From NCBI GenBank assembly GCA_963805625.1, contig CAWDVE010000014.1, positions 128,001 to 192,000 on the forward strand: a stretch of 64,000 nucleotides of DNA, read 5' to 3'. The DNA is from an uncultured Candidatus Rokubacteria bacterium. Its GTDB lineage: Bacteria; Methylomirabilota; Methylomirabilia; Rokubacteriales; DASRDR01. The notes beneath the pieces were generated by a model. That model did no database searches. It saw only the letters and a list, made by a program, of their open reading frames with translations, and was not told the DNA's origin. Position 1 is the stretch's first letter; every line of letters starts with the position of its first letter. Positions 1 to 8,784 of this stretch are shown piece after piece. The translations under genes were made by a program, and so were the position numbers.

Positions 1-205
1 CCAGGTCGCGATCGAGAACGTGGTTGAGAGCGCCCGCCCCCCCGGCCGCGATCACCGTGGCGGCGAACAGGAACAGGAGCGGGGCCAGTGCCGTACCACC
101 AGCCGCCGGCGCCGGGGGGAGGGTCGCCAGGTAGCCGAGGACGGCCGCGAGCCCGATGAACGTGCCGACCCGGAGCTTGAGCGACTCGACGTACGCCGAG
201 ACCAT
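1..205 (-). CDS. ctaB: Protoheme IX farnesyltransferase (heme O synthase), 5' part; runs off the window
   Basis: Manual translation MVSAYVESLKLRVGTFIGLAAVLGY...AAGGAGALNHVLDRDL carries the UbiA/CyoE N-x3-DRD motif. GGAGGG RBS. Lies downstream of heme-copper oxidase genes. Not in the ORF track. Confidence 0.85.
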   Translation of the reverse strand, partial: MVSAYVESLKLRVGTFIGLAAVLGYLATLPPAPAAGGTALAPLLFLFAATVIAAGGAGALNHVLDRDL

Positions 206-215
206 CGCTCCCTCC

Positions 216-1685
216 TCACCGCCCTCGCCGAGTGAGAGGGATGCCCACGTTGAGCACGAAGGCGAGCCCACCCAGGATAGCGAGAAGCGACCCTAACCCC
301 ATCAGGTTCATAGCCACCAGCGCCTGGGCGTTGGCCCAGGTGAAGCCGAACGTCTTCCGCGGAGCTCCGTGGCCTCCTGCCCAGTGCATCCCCGCCATGA
401 TCCCGAGAAGCCCGAGGCCGTAGAGGTACGGCTGCCAGCGCGCCACGCGCGCGCTCCAGAGCCGTCGACCCGAGATCTCGAGAAGGAGGGGCGCCAGGCC
501 CATGTAGGCGAGTGTCACCGCGCCGACCATGCCGTGGTAGTGGGCCGGTACGCGCGTGTCCTGGTTGAAGCCGACGACGCCGAGGATGCCTCCCGTCGCG
601 AACAGCGCCAGGGACAGCGCCGTTCCGGAGAACACCGGGCTCCCCCATGGCAGCCGGCCCGGCCCGCCGCGGCGGCGCCAGACCGCCACCAGCATGAGCC
701 CGATCGGCACGGCGCCGGCGCCCACCCCCCAGAAGGTCGCGATCGTGACCAGGTGGTTCACGAGGAGCGCCTCGGGCGCGTACGCGAGATACAGCGCCGC
801 GGTGACGAGGAGGAAGGGCATGAGTCCCCACACGCAGGCGCGCACAACGCGGCGGGGCGGGGGCACGATCCCCACCGCCACCCCGGCGGCGACGAGCCAG
901 ACCGCGATCGTCCCGGCCACGTGGAGGAACTGCAGGAGATGCCCGGGTCCCCAGAAGAGGGCGCGGAGACGATAGCCGAACGGGACCTCGGCATGGAGTC
1001 GCGCGAGCGACAGAGCCATCACGCCGAGCGCCAGCAGCAGCGCCAGCGCCCCCACCGCCATCGCCAGGGCTTCCGGCACGTCCATCCCGCCGGGTCCGCC
1101 GGCCACTGGCGCGCGACGCCGGCCGCGCCCATACGCGACCAAGTAGGCGACCGCCTGCACGCCGACTCCGACCCCCGTCAGCGTCAGGCCGACCCAGAAG
1201 AGCGGATGGTCGATGGCCGGCACGTAGTCGGACAGATAGGGCTTCCCCACCCCGGTGAACGCCGGGACCGCAAGCAGCGCCGTGCCCGCAGTCGCCACGC
1301 CAAGGCCAGCCCAGGACCACCGGGCGCTGAGCGGCAGGTTCGCCCGCCAGGCGACGTAGACCCAGAGGGCGCCCGAGAAGGCGAGGAACCACACGGTGAA
1401 CGCGAACGTGACGTGGCCCACCAGCGCGAGCTGGAAGGCGCCGGCGGAGAACAGGCGGTAGACCACCGGCGTGCGCGCGAAGGCGGCGACCGCAGCGAAC
1501 AAGCCCGCCACGACCAGCGAGCCCACCGCCAGCCCGAGCCATCCGGCCAGAAGCCGTCGAGTCATCGCGGGGATCAAGCCGGGGGCGAGAGCCCGATCCC
1601 CGCGAGCGACAGCGCCAGTCCCGTTCCACATCGCCCCCGGAGAAAGCCCGGAGACCGACAAGGGGCCGTCGAAAGGCGTCATCAC
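216..1685 (-). CDS. Heme-copper oxidase subunit I-like paralog lacking the helix-VII HH pair
   Basis: Polytopic membrane protein with LVGHV, FWGPGHLLQ, RVPAHYHG and GAPRK motifs but no HH. Starts 4 bp after the stop of the intact subunit I. Confidence 0.8.
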   Translation of the reverse strand: MMTPFDGPLSVSGLSPGAMWNGTGAVARGDRALAPGLIPAMTRRLLAGWLGLAVGSLVVAGLFAAVAAFARTPVVYRLFSAGAFQLALVGHVTFAFTVWFLAFSGALWVYVAWRANLPLSARWSWAGLGVATAGTALLAVPAFTGVGKPYLSDYVPAIDHPLFWVGLTLTGVGVGVQAVAYLVAYGRGRRRAPVAGGPGGMDVPEALAMAVGALALLLALGVMALSLARLHAEVPFGYRLRALFWGPGHLLQFLHVAGTIAVWLVAAGVAVGIVPPPRRVVRACVWGLMPFLLVTAALYLAYAPEALLVNHLVTIATFWGVGAGAVPIGLMLVAVWRRRGGPGRLPWGSPVFSGTALSLALFATGGILGVVGFNQDTRVPAHYHGMVGAVTLAYMGLAPLLLEISGRRLWSARVARWQPYLYGLGLLGIMAGMHWAGGHGAPRKTFGFTWANAQALVAMNLMGLGSLLAILGGLAFVLNVGIPLTRRGR

Positions 1686-1689
1686 GGGG

Positions 1690-3363
1690 TCACCGCACGA
1701 ACCAGATCGCGGCCAGCCACTTCCAGTTGAGGAAGTAGTAGATGACGAACGCAGCCAGGAATACGAAGACCAGGATCATCGTCCCGGAGATCGGCGTGTG
1801 CTTGCCGCCCTCCGGGGCCATCGCCGCGAGCGGGACCGCGCCCGGCGTGTCGGGCACGCGGCTCCCGAAGAAGACGGACACGACCGTGAGCAGCACGTAA
1901 AGCCCGCCGCCCGCCGCTGCCAGGAGTCCGCCGATCCCCATCAGCCCGAGGAAGAAGAACGCGGCCGGCTCGATAGGCGGCTGGAAGATCGACGAAGCGA
2001 ACTGCACGTCCCAGTGACGGCGGGGGATCGCGTAGGAGCCGGCGGTCGTCATCCCGCCGGCGAACAGCGCGATCCCGATGCCGAAGAGGTAGATCTGGGC
2101 AGTGGCCAGGCGCGGCCAGATGATCCGGCGCCGGAAGATGAGCGGCACGACGTAGTACGTGAGCCCCATGAAGGCGAGCGTCGTGCCGGCCACGACCGTC
2201 GAATGGAAGTGCCCGGGGATGCGGAGGGTGTTGTGGGAGATGATGTTGACCTGCTCCGCCCCGAAGGTGACGCCCGTGATGCCGCCCATGAACCCGAACA
2301 GCGCGAGCGACAGCGCGAGCGCGGCGAACCCGGGGTTGCCCCACGGCGCCTTGGCCAGCCACTCGAAGAGGCCCTTCGAGAGCCCCTTTTTCCGCTGGGC
2401 GACCTCGACGGCCGCCGGCACCGTCATCCCGTGCACCATGCTCGCCAGCACCGCGAGGTACATCGCGTACGAGGTGTTGAAAACCTTCCACGCCGGGGAC
2501 AGCTGGGGATCGACGAGGAGGTGATGAGCGGATGCGAGGTTGATGAACAAGATGTAAAGGAGAAATGCCGTCCGGCAGACCTTCTCGTTGATGGGGACGG
2601 CGCCGACCGTCAGCGTGGCGAGCAGGTACCACACTGCCACCATGGCCGTGACGTTGATCTGCTGCGACGAGTGCCCGAGGCCCCACCAGACCAGCCGGTA
2701 CATGCCGGAGTCGAGATTCTGGATGATCCCGAGCGACCAGAGCCACGTCGGGATGTAGATGATGGCACCGTGCGCGAGGGTCGCGACGGCGATAATCGCG
2801 GCCGCGGCGGCGCCGAAGGTCACTAGCGGGATCGAGCCCTCGTAGGTCCGCTCGGCGCGGGCCACCACGAGGGTGGCGAAGAAGTTGGAGACACCGATCA
2901 GTGCCCCGACCGCGAAGAGGATCCAGCCGAGGTAGAAATACGAGACGGCTCGAAGCGGCACGTAGGAGGTGAACATGACGTCAGCGCCGCCCCGGAGGAT
3001 CGCGACGTCGATCAGGAGGGACCCCGCCACCATGAGCCCGAACCCCACCCATCCGACCCGGGGCCAGGCCACGCGGCTTCCGAGCAGGATCGGCCCCGCA
3101 AAGTACAGGACCGCCACCTCGAAGAAGATGATCCAGAAGATGAGCATGTTCATCCCGTGGAACGTGAGCGCCCGGTAGTACATCGCCGGCCCGAGCAGGT
3201 GGACGGCCGGCCACCGGGTCAGGACCACGAGCACCGCCGCGATGCCGCCGAAGAGGATCGCCAGGACCCCGGCCACGGCGTGGACCTTGATCAGGCGCTC
3301 GGCCGCGTCGTGGACGCGAAGACCGGTCTGGGCGCAGGTGCGAAACGTCGCTGTCCCGTTCAT
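1690..3363 (-). CDS. Heme-copper oxidoreductase subunit I, eNOR-type (B-family-derived NO reductase)
   Basis: All six His ligands are present (LTFHG, WGLGHSSQQ, ASAHH, PGHFH). Gln replaces the cross-linking Tyr at His+4. Confidence 0.85.
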   Translation of the reverse strand: MNGTATFRTCAQTGLRVHDAAERLIKVHAVAGVLAILFGGIAAVLVVLTRWPAVHLLGPAMYYRALTFHGMNMLIFWIIFFEVAVLYFAGPILLGSRVAWPRVGWVGFGLMVAGSLLIDVAILRGGADVMFTSYVPLRAVSYFYLGWILFAVGALIGVSNFFATLVVARAERTYEGSIPLVTFGAAAAAIIAVATLAHGAIIYIPTWLWSLGIIQNLDSGMYRLVWWGLGHSSQQINVTAMVAVWYLLATLTVGAVPINEKVCRTAFLLYILFINLASAHHLLVDPQLSPAWKVFNTSYAMYLAVLASMVHGMTVPAAVEVAQRKKGLSKGLFEWLAKAPWGNPGFAALALSLALFGFMGGITGVTFGAEQVNIISHNTLRIPGHFHSTVVAGTTLAFMGLTYYVVPLIFRRRIIWPRLATAQIYLFGIGIALFAGGMTTAGSYAIPRRHWDVQFASSIFQPPIEPAAFFFLGLMGIGGLLAAAGGGLYVLLTVVSVFFGSRVPDTPGAVPLAAMAPEGGKHTPISGTMILVFVFLAAFVIYYFLNWKWLAAIWFVR

Positions 3364-3375
3364 CGGGGGGCCTCC

Positions 3376-3900
3376 CTACTCGACGATGATCTTGCCCACC
3401 ATCTGGTGGTGCCCGATCCCGCAGAATTCGTTGCAGACGGCGTAGACCTCACCCTTCTCGGTCGGCGTGACCGTGAGAACGTACTCGTAGCCGGGCAGCA
3501 CCATGAAGTTCAGATTCAGGGGGAACAGCGAGAACCCGTGAACCAGGTCGAGCGAGGACAGGTGGAGTCGGTAGGTTTCACCCTTCTTGAGTTTGACCAC
3601 CGGGTACCACTGCCACAGCCGGCCCAGCATGTAGACGTCCGCGCCGGGACCGGGCGCGACGACCGGGAACCCGCGGTCCTCCCCCACCTTGGTCTTCTGG
3701 ACGTGGGCCTCCACCTTCGCCTGGTAGTCGGCCGCCGTGATCCGGTAGGTCTCGAAGGACGGGTTCTGGCCGCCCTTCCAGTGCCAGAGCGGCATCATCG
3801 CGAAGAGGATCAGGCACCATGCCAGTGCGATGCCGAGCCAGACCTTCTCGCTCCGGTCGACCTTCTTCCACCACACGCCCTTGAGCGCCTGGATGCTCAT
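3376..3900 (-). CDS. Heme-copper oxidoreductase subunit II with CuA site
   Basis: Single TM helix plus DLVHGF and CNEFCGIGHHQM CuA ligands. Confidence 0.92.
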   Translation of the reverse strand: MSIQALKGVWWKKVDRSEKVWLGIALAWCLILFAMMPLWHWKGGQNPSFETYRITAADYQAKVEAHVQKTKVGEDRGFPVVAPGPGADVYMLGRLWQWYPVVKLKKGETYRLHLSSLDLVHGFSLFPLNLNFMVLPGYEYVLTVTPTEKGEVYAVCNEFCGIGHHQMVGKIIVE

Positions 3901-3909
3901 GGCGCCCTC

Positions 3910-4092
3910 CTACTTGGGGAGCTCGAACGGAGGGGCCAGCGGGATGCTGGCGATCTCGAGCAGTCCCCAGATCGTGTAGAACACGATCGGGACCGCGAGC
4001 CCCAGGACGAGCAGGAGGAAGATGTTGTCGAAGAAGATCTGCGCTAGTGGAATCCGCTCGCGTGGGTTGTCCGGGGGTGCTCCGTCCGTCAT
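3910..4092 (-). CDS. Small single-TM accessory subunit of the oxidoreductase (IIa-like)
   Basis: 60 aa with hydrophobic FDNIFLLLVLGLAVPIVFYTIWG. First gene of the operon, GGAGG RBS. Confidence 0.7.
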   Translation of the reverse strand: MTDGAPPDNPRERIPLAQIFFDNIFLLLVLGLAVPIVFYTIWGLLEIASIPLAPPFELPK

Positions 4093-4164
4093 GCCGCGCC
4101 TCCTCCGGGAGCCACTGGCCGAGGCTCCTCGGGTGGAAGGCTAAGCGCCAGTGCCCCCCTGCTC

Positions 4165-4182
4165 CTATGACGAGGGTCATAG
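4165..4182. promoter_or_regulatory. Palindromic operator CTATGAC-GAGG-GTCATAG
   Basis: Perfect 7-bp inverted repeat with a 4-bp spacer in the divergent eNOR/OFOR intergenic region. Recurs at 13348 and 23646. Confidence 0.65.
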
Positions 4183-4415
4183 AGCGAGGTGCCCATGCCG
4201 GGATGGGGTGTTCGCATGAGCCTGGCCGCCGGAGACCCACGGCGAGCCGGCAGGGTGAGGTGCCGACGCCCCAGGTGGGGCGACGGCGCACCTCCACGGC
4301 GTCCGTCGTGCATGGCAGAGGACGGGCCCCGTGGGATTGGCGGGGGCGAGGCCACGTGGCACTTCTCGTGCAATCAGGAGATGGGGCTCGCTTACGCGGG
4401 CCGGAGGTGAGTCGT

Positions 4416-6410
4416 ATGGCCGTCGCCCACGTCTCGGATCCGCTCCCGGCGGTCTCGTACGCGGGGCTGCCGGCGACGGCCGACGGCTCCGAGATGGTGG
4501 TCTGGGTGGAGACCCAAGTTTCCCAGGGGGCGTGCGCCTATCCGATCACGTCGTCGACCAACATGGGCGCGGGCTACCAGGCCGCCCAGGCCGCCGGCCG
4601 GAAGAACCTATGGGGCGAACCCCTCTTCTTCCTCGAGCTCGAGTCCGAGCACTCGTCGGCATCGACCTGCGAGGGCTTCGCCCTCGCCGGCGGGCGCGTC
4701 ACCAACTTCACCTCCGGTCAGGGCCTGGTCCTGATGAAGGAGGTGCTCTACACGATCGCTGGCAAGCGGCTGCCGGCGGTGTTCCACATCGGCGCCCGGG
4801 CACTGACGTCTCAGGCCTTGAACGTCCACTGCGGCCACGACGACGTCATGGCGGTTGCGGACACGGGCTGGGGGATCCTTTTTGCCCGGAACGCTCAGGC
4901 TGTCGGCGACCTCGCCCTGATCGCGCGGCGCGCTGCGGAAGAGTCGGAGACCCCGTTCCTCGTCGTCCAGGATGGGTTCCTCACCACCCACACCGTCGAG
5001 AACGTCCGCCTCCCCGAGCCCGAGCTGATGAAGGACTTCGTCGGGGATCCCTACGCCCTCACACGGCTCCGCAACCTCATGAACCCGGCCAAGCCCATCA
5101 TGTCCGGCGTCGTGCAGAACCAGGACGCCTACATGAAGGGCAAGGTCGGCCAGCGCTTCTTCTACGACCGGCTGCCGGGAATCCTAGCGCGGGTCACGGC
5201 CCGCTACGGCGAGCTGACCGGACGTCGATACGGCCTCGTGGAGACCTATCGCCTCGAGGACGCAGACTGGGCGATCGTCGGAATGGGCAGCCTGATCGAC
5301 ACCGCGATGGCGACCGCCGACTGGATTCGGCGCGAGAAGGGCTGGCGCGTGGGTACCCTCCACGTCACCGCCTTCCGTCCATTCCCGGGGCGGGACATCG
5401 TCGCCGCCCTCCGTCACGTCGCCGGCGTGGCGGTCATCGAGCGGATGGACAACCCGGGGGCGCAGTCCAATCCTCTCACCCTCGAGGTCAAGGCTGCGTT
5501 CGCCGACGCCGTGATGGACGGGACGGGGGACCCGGGCGATCTGCGCATCCCGGCAATCCACTCCGGTGTCGCCGGGCTTGGCAGCCGCGATATCCGGCCC
5601 GGCGACTTCGTGGCGACCGTCGCCAACATGGTCCGTCGCGGGTCCCGCATCTTCGCGCTCGGGATCGATCACCCCCTCGCGCTCCACCGCGAGGAGGACC
5701 CCGACGTGCGCCCCCCAGGGGCCTTCTCGATGCGCGGGCACTCGGTCGGCGGCTTCGGATCGGTCGCCACCAACCGGATCATCGCGACGGTCCTCGGCGA
5801 TCTCTTTCATCTGCGCGTCCAGGCCTATCCGCTTTACGGGTCGGAGAAGAAGGGCCTGCCCACGACCTACTATCTGACGGTCGCCGACGACCCCATCCAC
5901 GTCCACTCCGAGCTCACGCACGTCGACTTCGTGCCGCTCAACGACGTCAATGCGTTCCGGCTCGGCAACCCGCTGGCGGGGCTGACCGAGGGCGGCATGC
6001 TCTTCGTCCAGAGCACGGCGTCGGACCCCGAGGCCATCTGGGCGGGCATCCCCGAGGGCGCTCGCCAGCTCATCGCCCAGCGTGACATCCGCGTCCTCGC
6101 CCTCGACACGCTCAGGATCGCCAGCGAGGTTGCCGGCCGGCCCGAACTCCGGCAGCGGATGCAAGGGATCGTCCTCCTCGGGGTCTTCCTGCGGGTCACG
6201 CCCTTCCGCGAACAGCGCGGGCTCGACGAGGACGCCGTCTTCTCGGCCGTCGAGCGCTCCCTCCGGAAGGTCTTCGGCAAGCGCGGCGAGCAGGTCATCC
6301 GGGACAACATGACCGCGGTCCGGCGAGGCTACGAGGAGGTCGTGGAGGTTCCCAGGGAGGTCATGCGGGGCGCGGGGCGATCGGCCACGAGGAGCAGGGT
6401 CGGTGGATGA
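4416..6410 (+). CDS. 2-oxoacid:ferredoxin oxidoreductase (PFOR-like), N-terminal alpha+gamma polypeptide
   Basis: YPITSS, ESEHS, FTSGQGL, HIGARAL, DGFLTTH, SVGGFG and YGSEKKG motifs. Start reassigned to ATG 4416 (GGAGG RBS). Confidence 0.9.
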   Translation: MAVAHVSDPLPAVSYAGLPATADGSEMVVWVETQVSQGACAYPITSSTNMGAGYQAAQAAGRKNLWGEPLFFLELESEHSSASTCEGFALAGGRVTNFTSGQGLVLMKEVLYTIAGKRLPAVFHIGARALTSQALNVHCGHDDVMAVADTGWGILFARNAQAVGDLALIARRAAEESETPFLVVQDGFLTTHTVENVRLPEPELMKDFVGDPYALTRLRNLMNPAKPIMSGVVQNQDAYMKGKVGQRFFYDRLPGILARVTARYGELTGRRYGLVETYRLEDADWAIVGMGSLIDTAMATADWIRREKGWRVGTLHVTAFRPFPGRDIVAALRHVAGVAVIERMDNPGAQSNPLTLEVKAAFADAVMDGTGDPGDLRIPAIHSGVAGLGSRDIRPGDFVATVANMVRRGSRIFALGIDHPLALHREEDPDVRPPGAFSMRGHSVGGFGSVATNRIIATVLGDLFHLRVQAYPLYGSEKKGLPTTYYLTVADDPIHVHSELTHVDFVPLNDVNAFRLGNPLAGLTEGGMLFVQSTASDPEAIWAGIPEGARQLIAQRDIRVLALDTLRIASEVAGRPELRQRMQGIVLLGVFLRVTPFREQRGLDEDAVFSAVERSLRKVFGKRGEQVIRDNMTAVRRGYEEVVEVPREVMRGAGRSATRSRVGG

Positions 6411-6822
6411 CGCGAAAGTCCGCGACTGGATGCATCTGGGGGTGATCACGTGCTCGCCCGACACCCCGGCGGAAGAGGTCGCCGGCACCATGGCCGCCCA
6501 CGACGTCAGCGCGCTCGTGGTGGTCGACGCGGACGGCTACGCGGTGGGGCTGATCTCGCGCACGGACTTGGTCAATGCGACGTTCGTCCAGCCGTACCTG
6601 CGCCACTGGCGGGGCCTGAGCGCCCGCCACCTCATGTCGTCGCCCGTGATCAGCGTCCCCGAGGACACGCCTGTCGAGAGGGCGCTCGCGCTCATCCGTG
6701 AGCGGAAGATCCACCGGGTCGTCGTTACCGTCGCCGAGGGAGGCCGGGAGCGGCCGATCGGCATCCTGTCGGTCACCGACGTCGTCGGCCACCTCGGCCG
6801 GATCGAGGAGGCGCAGGCATGA
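6403..6822 (+). CDS. CBS-domain pair protein
   Basis: Tandem CBS motifs (VRDWM...GLISRTDL; HLMSSPV...GILSVTDV). Overlaps both neighbours. Confidence 0.9.
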   Translation: MDDAKVRDWMHLGVITCSPDTPAEEVAGTMAAHDVSALVVVDADGYAVGLISRTDLVNATFVQPYLRHWRGLSARHLMSSPVISVPEDTPVERALALIRERKIHRVVVTVAEGGRERPIGILSVTDVVGHLGRIEEAQA

Positions 6823-8498
6823 CCGAGGCACTCGCGTTCTCCCCGTTCGAGGAAAGCGCTCCCATCGAGGATCTCGGGACCAAGCAGCCCGGTACCTCGA
6901 AGGAGGCCCACGAGATCCAGTTCGTGCCTGCAGGTGTACTGGCGCTGGACGTCGAGGCGTACGTCGACGATTTCAACGCGCGGGTCATCGGCGCCTACGA
7001 GAAGGGCGCGGGCTCCCAGGATCTGCCGGCCGACGTGGGCGTCGCCCGGAGTCTCATCCCCGCCGGCACGGCCGCGCTCCGTGACTTCTCCTACCTGTCG
7101 CCGCTCCTCCCCGAGCTCCTGGCCGACCACTGCGTCGGATGCATGACATGCGTGACCGAGTGCCCGGACACGGCCATCCTGGGCAAGGCCGTCCCCGCCT
7201 CCCGCCTCGACGCCGAGCTCTCGCGGGTCGCTGACGACGCCGAGCGCGCCTTCCTCCGCGACCAGTGGGCCAAGACGCGGAAGTACTTCGAGGTGCCGGC
7301 GCGGAAGGGGCTCGAGGGCGCGATGTTCGGCATCTTCATCGATCCGACCAAGTGCAAAGGGTGTGCGGAGTGCGTCGAGGTCTGTGCGGACCTGGGCTAC
7401 CACGCGCTCCGCATGGTTCCGAAGGGCGAGGAGACCCTCGGCCGGTACCGTGAAGCCTTCCAGTTCTATCGGCGGGTCGGTCCGACGCCCAAGGAGTACG
7501 TGAACGAGAAGGCGCTTGCCGACATGATGCTGACGGACCAGTCGCTGCTCTACGTCGGCGGCGCGGGCTCGTGCATGGGCTGCGGCGAGGGCACCGCCAT
7601 TCGCATGATGGTCGCCGCCACCGCCTTCACTCACGGGCCGGAGGGCATGGCCATCGTCGCCGCGACCGGCTGCAACACCGTGTACACCTCCACGTATCCC
7701 TATAATCCCTACCTGGTTCCCTGGACCAACTCCCTCTTCGAGAACGCCCCCGCGGTCGCGCTGGGCGTCCGCGCCAAGTGGGACCAGCGCGGCTGGCAGG
7801 AGAAGCGGCTGTGGGTCTTGGGCGGTGACGGGGCCATGTACGACATCGGCTTCCAGTCGCTTTCGCGGATGCTCGCGTCGGGGATGGACATCAAGGTCCT
7901 GGTCCTGGACACGCAGGTGTACTCGAACACGGGCGGCCAGGTGTCCACCGCCTCCTTCCTCGCGCAGGATGCCAAGATGGCCGCGGTCGGCCCCGCAACA
8001 CCCGGCAAGACCGAGCGCCGGAAGGAGCTCGGGCTCCTCTGCCTCGCGCACCCCGAGGTCTTCGTGGCGCAGACGACAGCCGCTCACATCAACCACTTCT
8101 ACCGCGCCGTCATTGATGCCAACAGCTACCCCGGTCCGGCGGTCGTCATCGCCTACACCACGTGCCAGCCCGAGCATGGCGTGGGCGACGATCGGGCCTC
8201 GGCGCAGGCTCGGCTCGCCGTCGACTCGCGCGCCTTCCCGCTCTTCGTGCACGACCCCCGGAAGGGCGAGCGGATCGCCGAGCGGCTGTCGCTCCAGGGC
8301 AATCCCGACCCGAAAGAGGATTGGCACCGCCACCCGCAGACCGGGGAAGTGGTGGACTTCGTTACCTTCGCCCGCACCGAGGGCCGCTTCGCGCGGCAGT
8401 TTGATGCCGAGGGGCGTCCCTCCCCGGCGCTCTTCGCCGCCCAGGCCGACCGCTTGGCCAACTGGCGCCGGCTCCAGGAGCTGTCCGGACTCCGCTGA
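6819..8498 (+). CDS. 2-oxoacid:ferredoxin oxidoreductase, ferredoxin(delta)+TPP-binding(beta) polypeptide
   Basis: CVGCMTCVTECP and CKGCAECVEVC [4Fe-4S] motifs, GSCMGCGE, ATGC, and GGDG...YSNTGGQ TPP motif. Confidence 0.9.
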   Translation: MTEALAFSPFEESAPIEDLGTKQPGTSKEAHEIQFVPAGVLALDVEAYVDDFNARVIGAYEKGAGSQDLPADVGVARSLIPAGTAALRDFSYLSPLLPELLADHCVGCMTCVTECPDTAILGKAVPASRLDAELSRVADDAERAFLRDQWAKTRKYFEVPARKGLEGAMFGIFIDPTKCKGCAECVEVCADLGYHALRMVPKGEETLGRYREAFQFYRRVGPTPKEYVNEKALADMMLTDQSLLYVGGAGSCMGCGEGTAIRMMVAATAFTHGPEGMAIVAATGCNTVYTSTYPYNPYLVPWTNSLFENAPAVALGVRAKWDQRGWQEKRLWVLGGDGAMYDIGFQSLSRMLASGMDIKVLVLDTQVYSNTGGQVSTASFLAQDAKMAAVGPATPGKTERRKELGLLCLAHPEVFVAQTTAAHINHFYRAVIDANSYPGPAVVIAYTTCQPEHGVGDDRASAQARLAVDSRAFPLFVHDPRKGERIAERLSLQGNPDPKEDWHRHPQTGEVVDFVTFARTEGRFARQFDAEGRPSPALFAAQADRLANWRRLQELSGLR

Positions 8499-8530
8499 TA
8501 AGCCCGACAGAGGTGAGGAGGAACGGTCCC

Positions 8531-8776
8531 ATGGCCATGTCGAACGACTTCGACGATCCCGGATGCTGCCCGTTCCTGGTCCCCGTCGTCGCGGATCGGC
8601 TTTGGATGCGCCCGATCGGGGTGTACTGTCGGCGGCCGGGGCGGCGGGTGCGGATCCCAGCCGCGTCGACCCTGACGCGTTGCTGCACCGCGCAGTATCG
8701 CCTGTGTGAAGGCTACTCGGAGATGTGGGCCGACAGCCTGACCGAGGAGAACACGCACAGGCTTCTCGGCCGCTGA
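8531..8776 (+). CDS. Small Cys-rich hypothetical protein (81 aa, 6 Cys)
   Basis: GAGGAGG RBS. CCPFL...YCRR...RCC...LCEGY pattern. Fills the operon gap. Confidence 0.65.
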   Translation: MAMSNDFDDPGCCPFLVPVVADRLWMRPIGVYCRRPGRRVRIPAASTLTRCCTAQYRLCEGYSEMWADSLTEENTHRLLGR

Positions 8777-8784
8777 CCGCCCCG

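Noticed and set aside
1690-3900. Ordinary ba3/caa3 cytochrome c oxidase
   Set aside because: The active-site Tyr is replaced by Gln (GHSSQQ).
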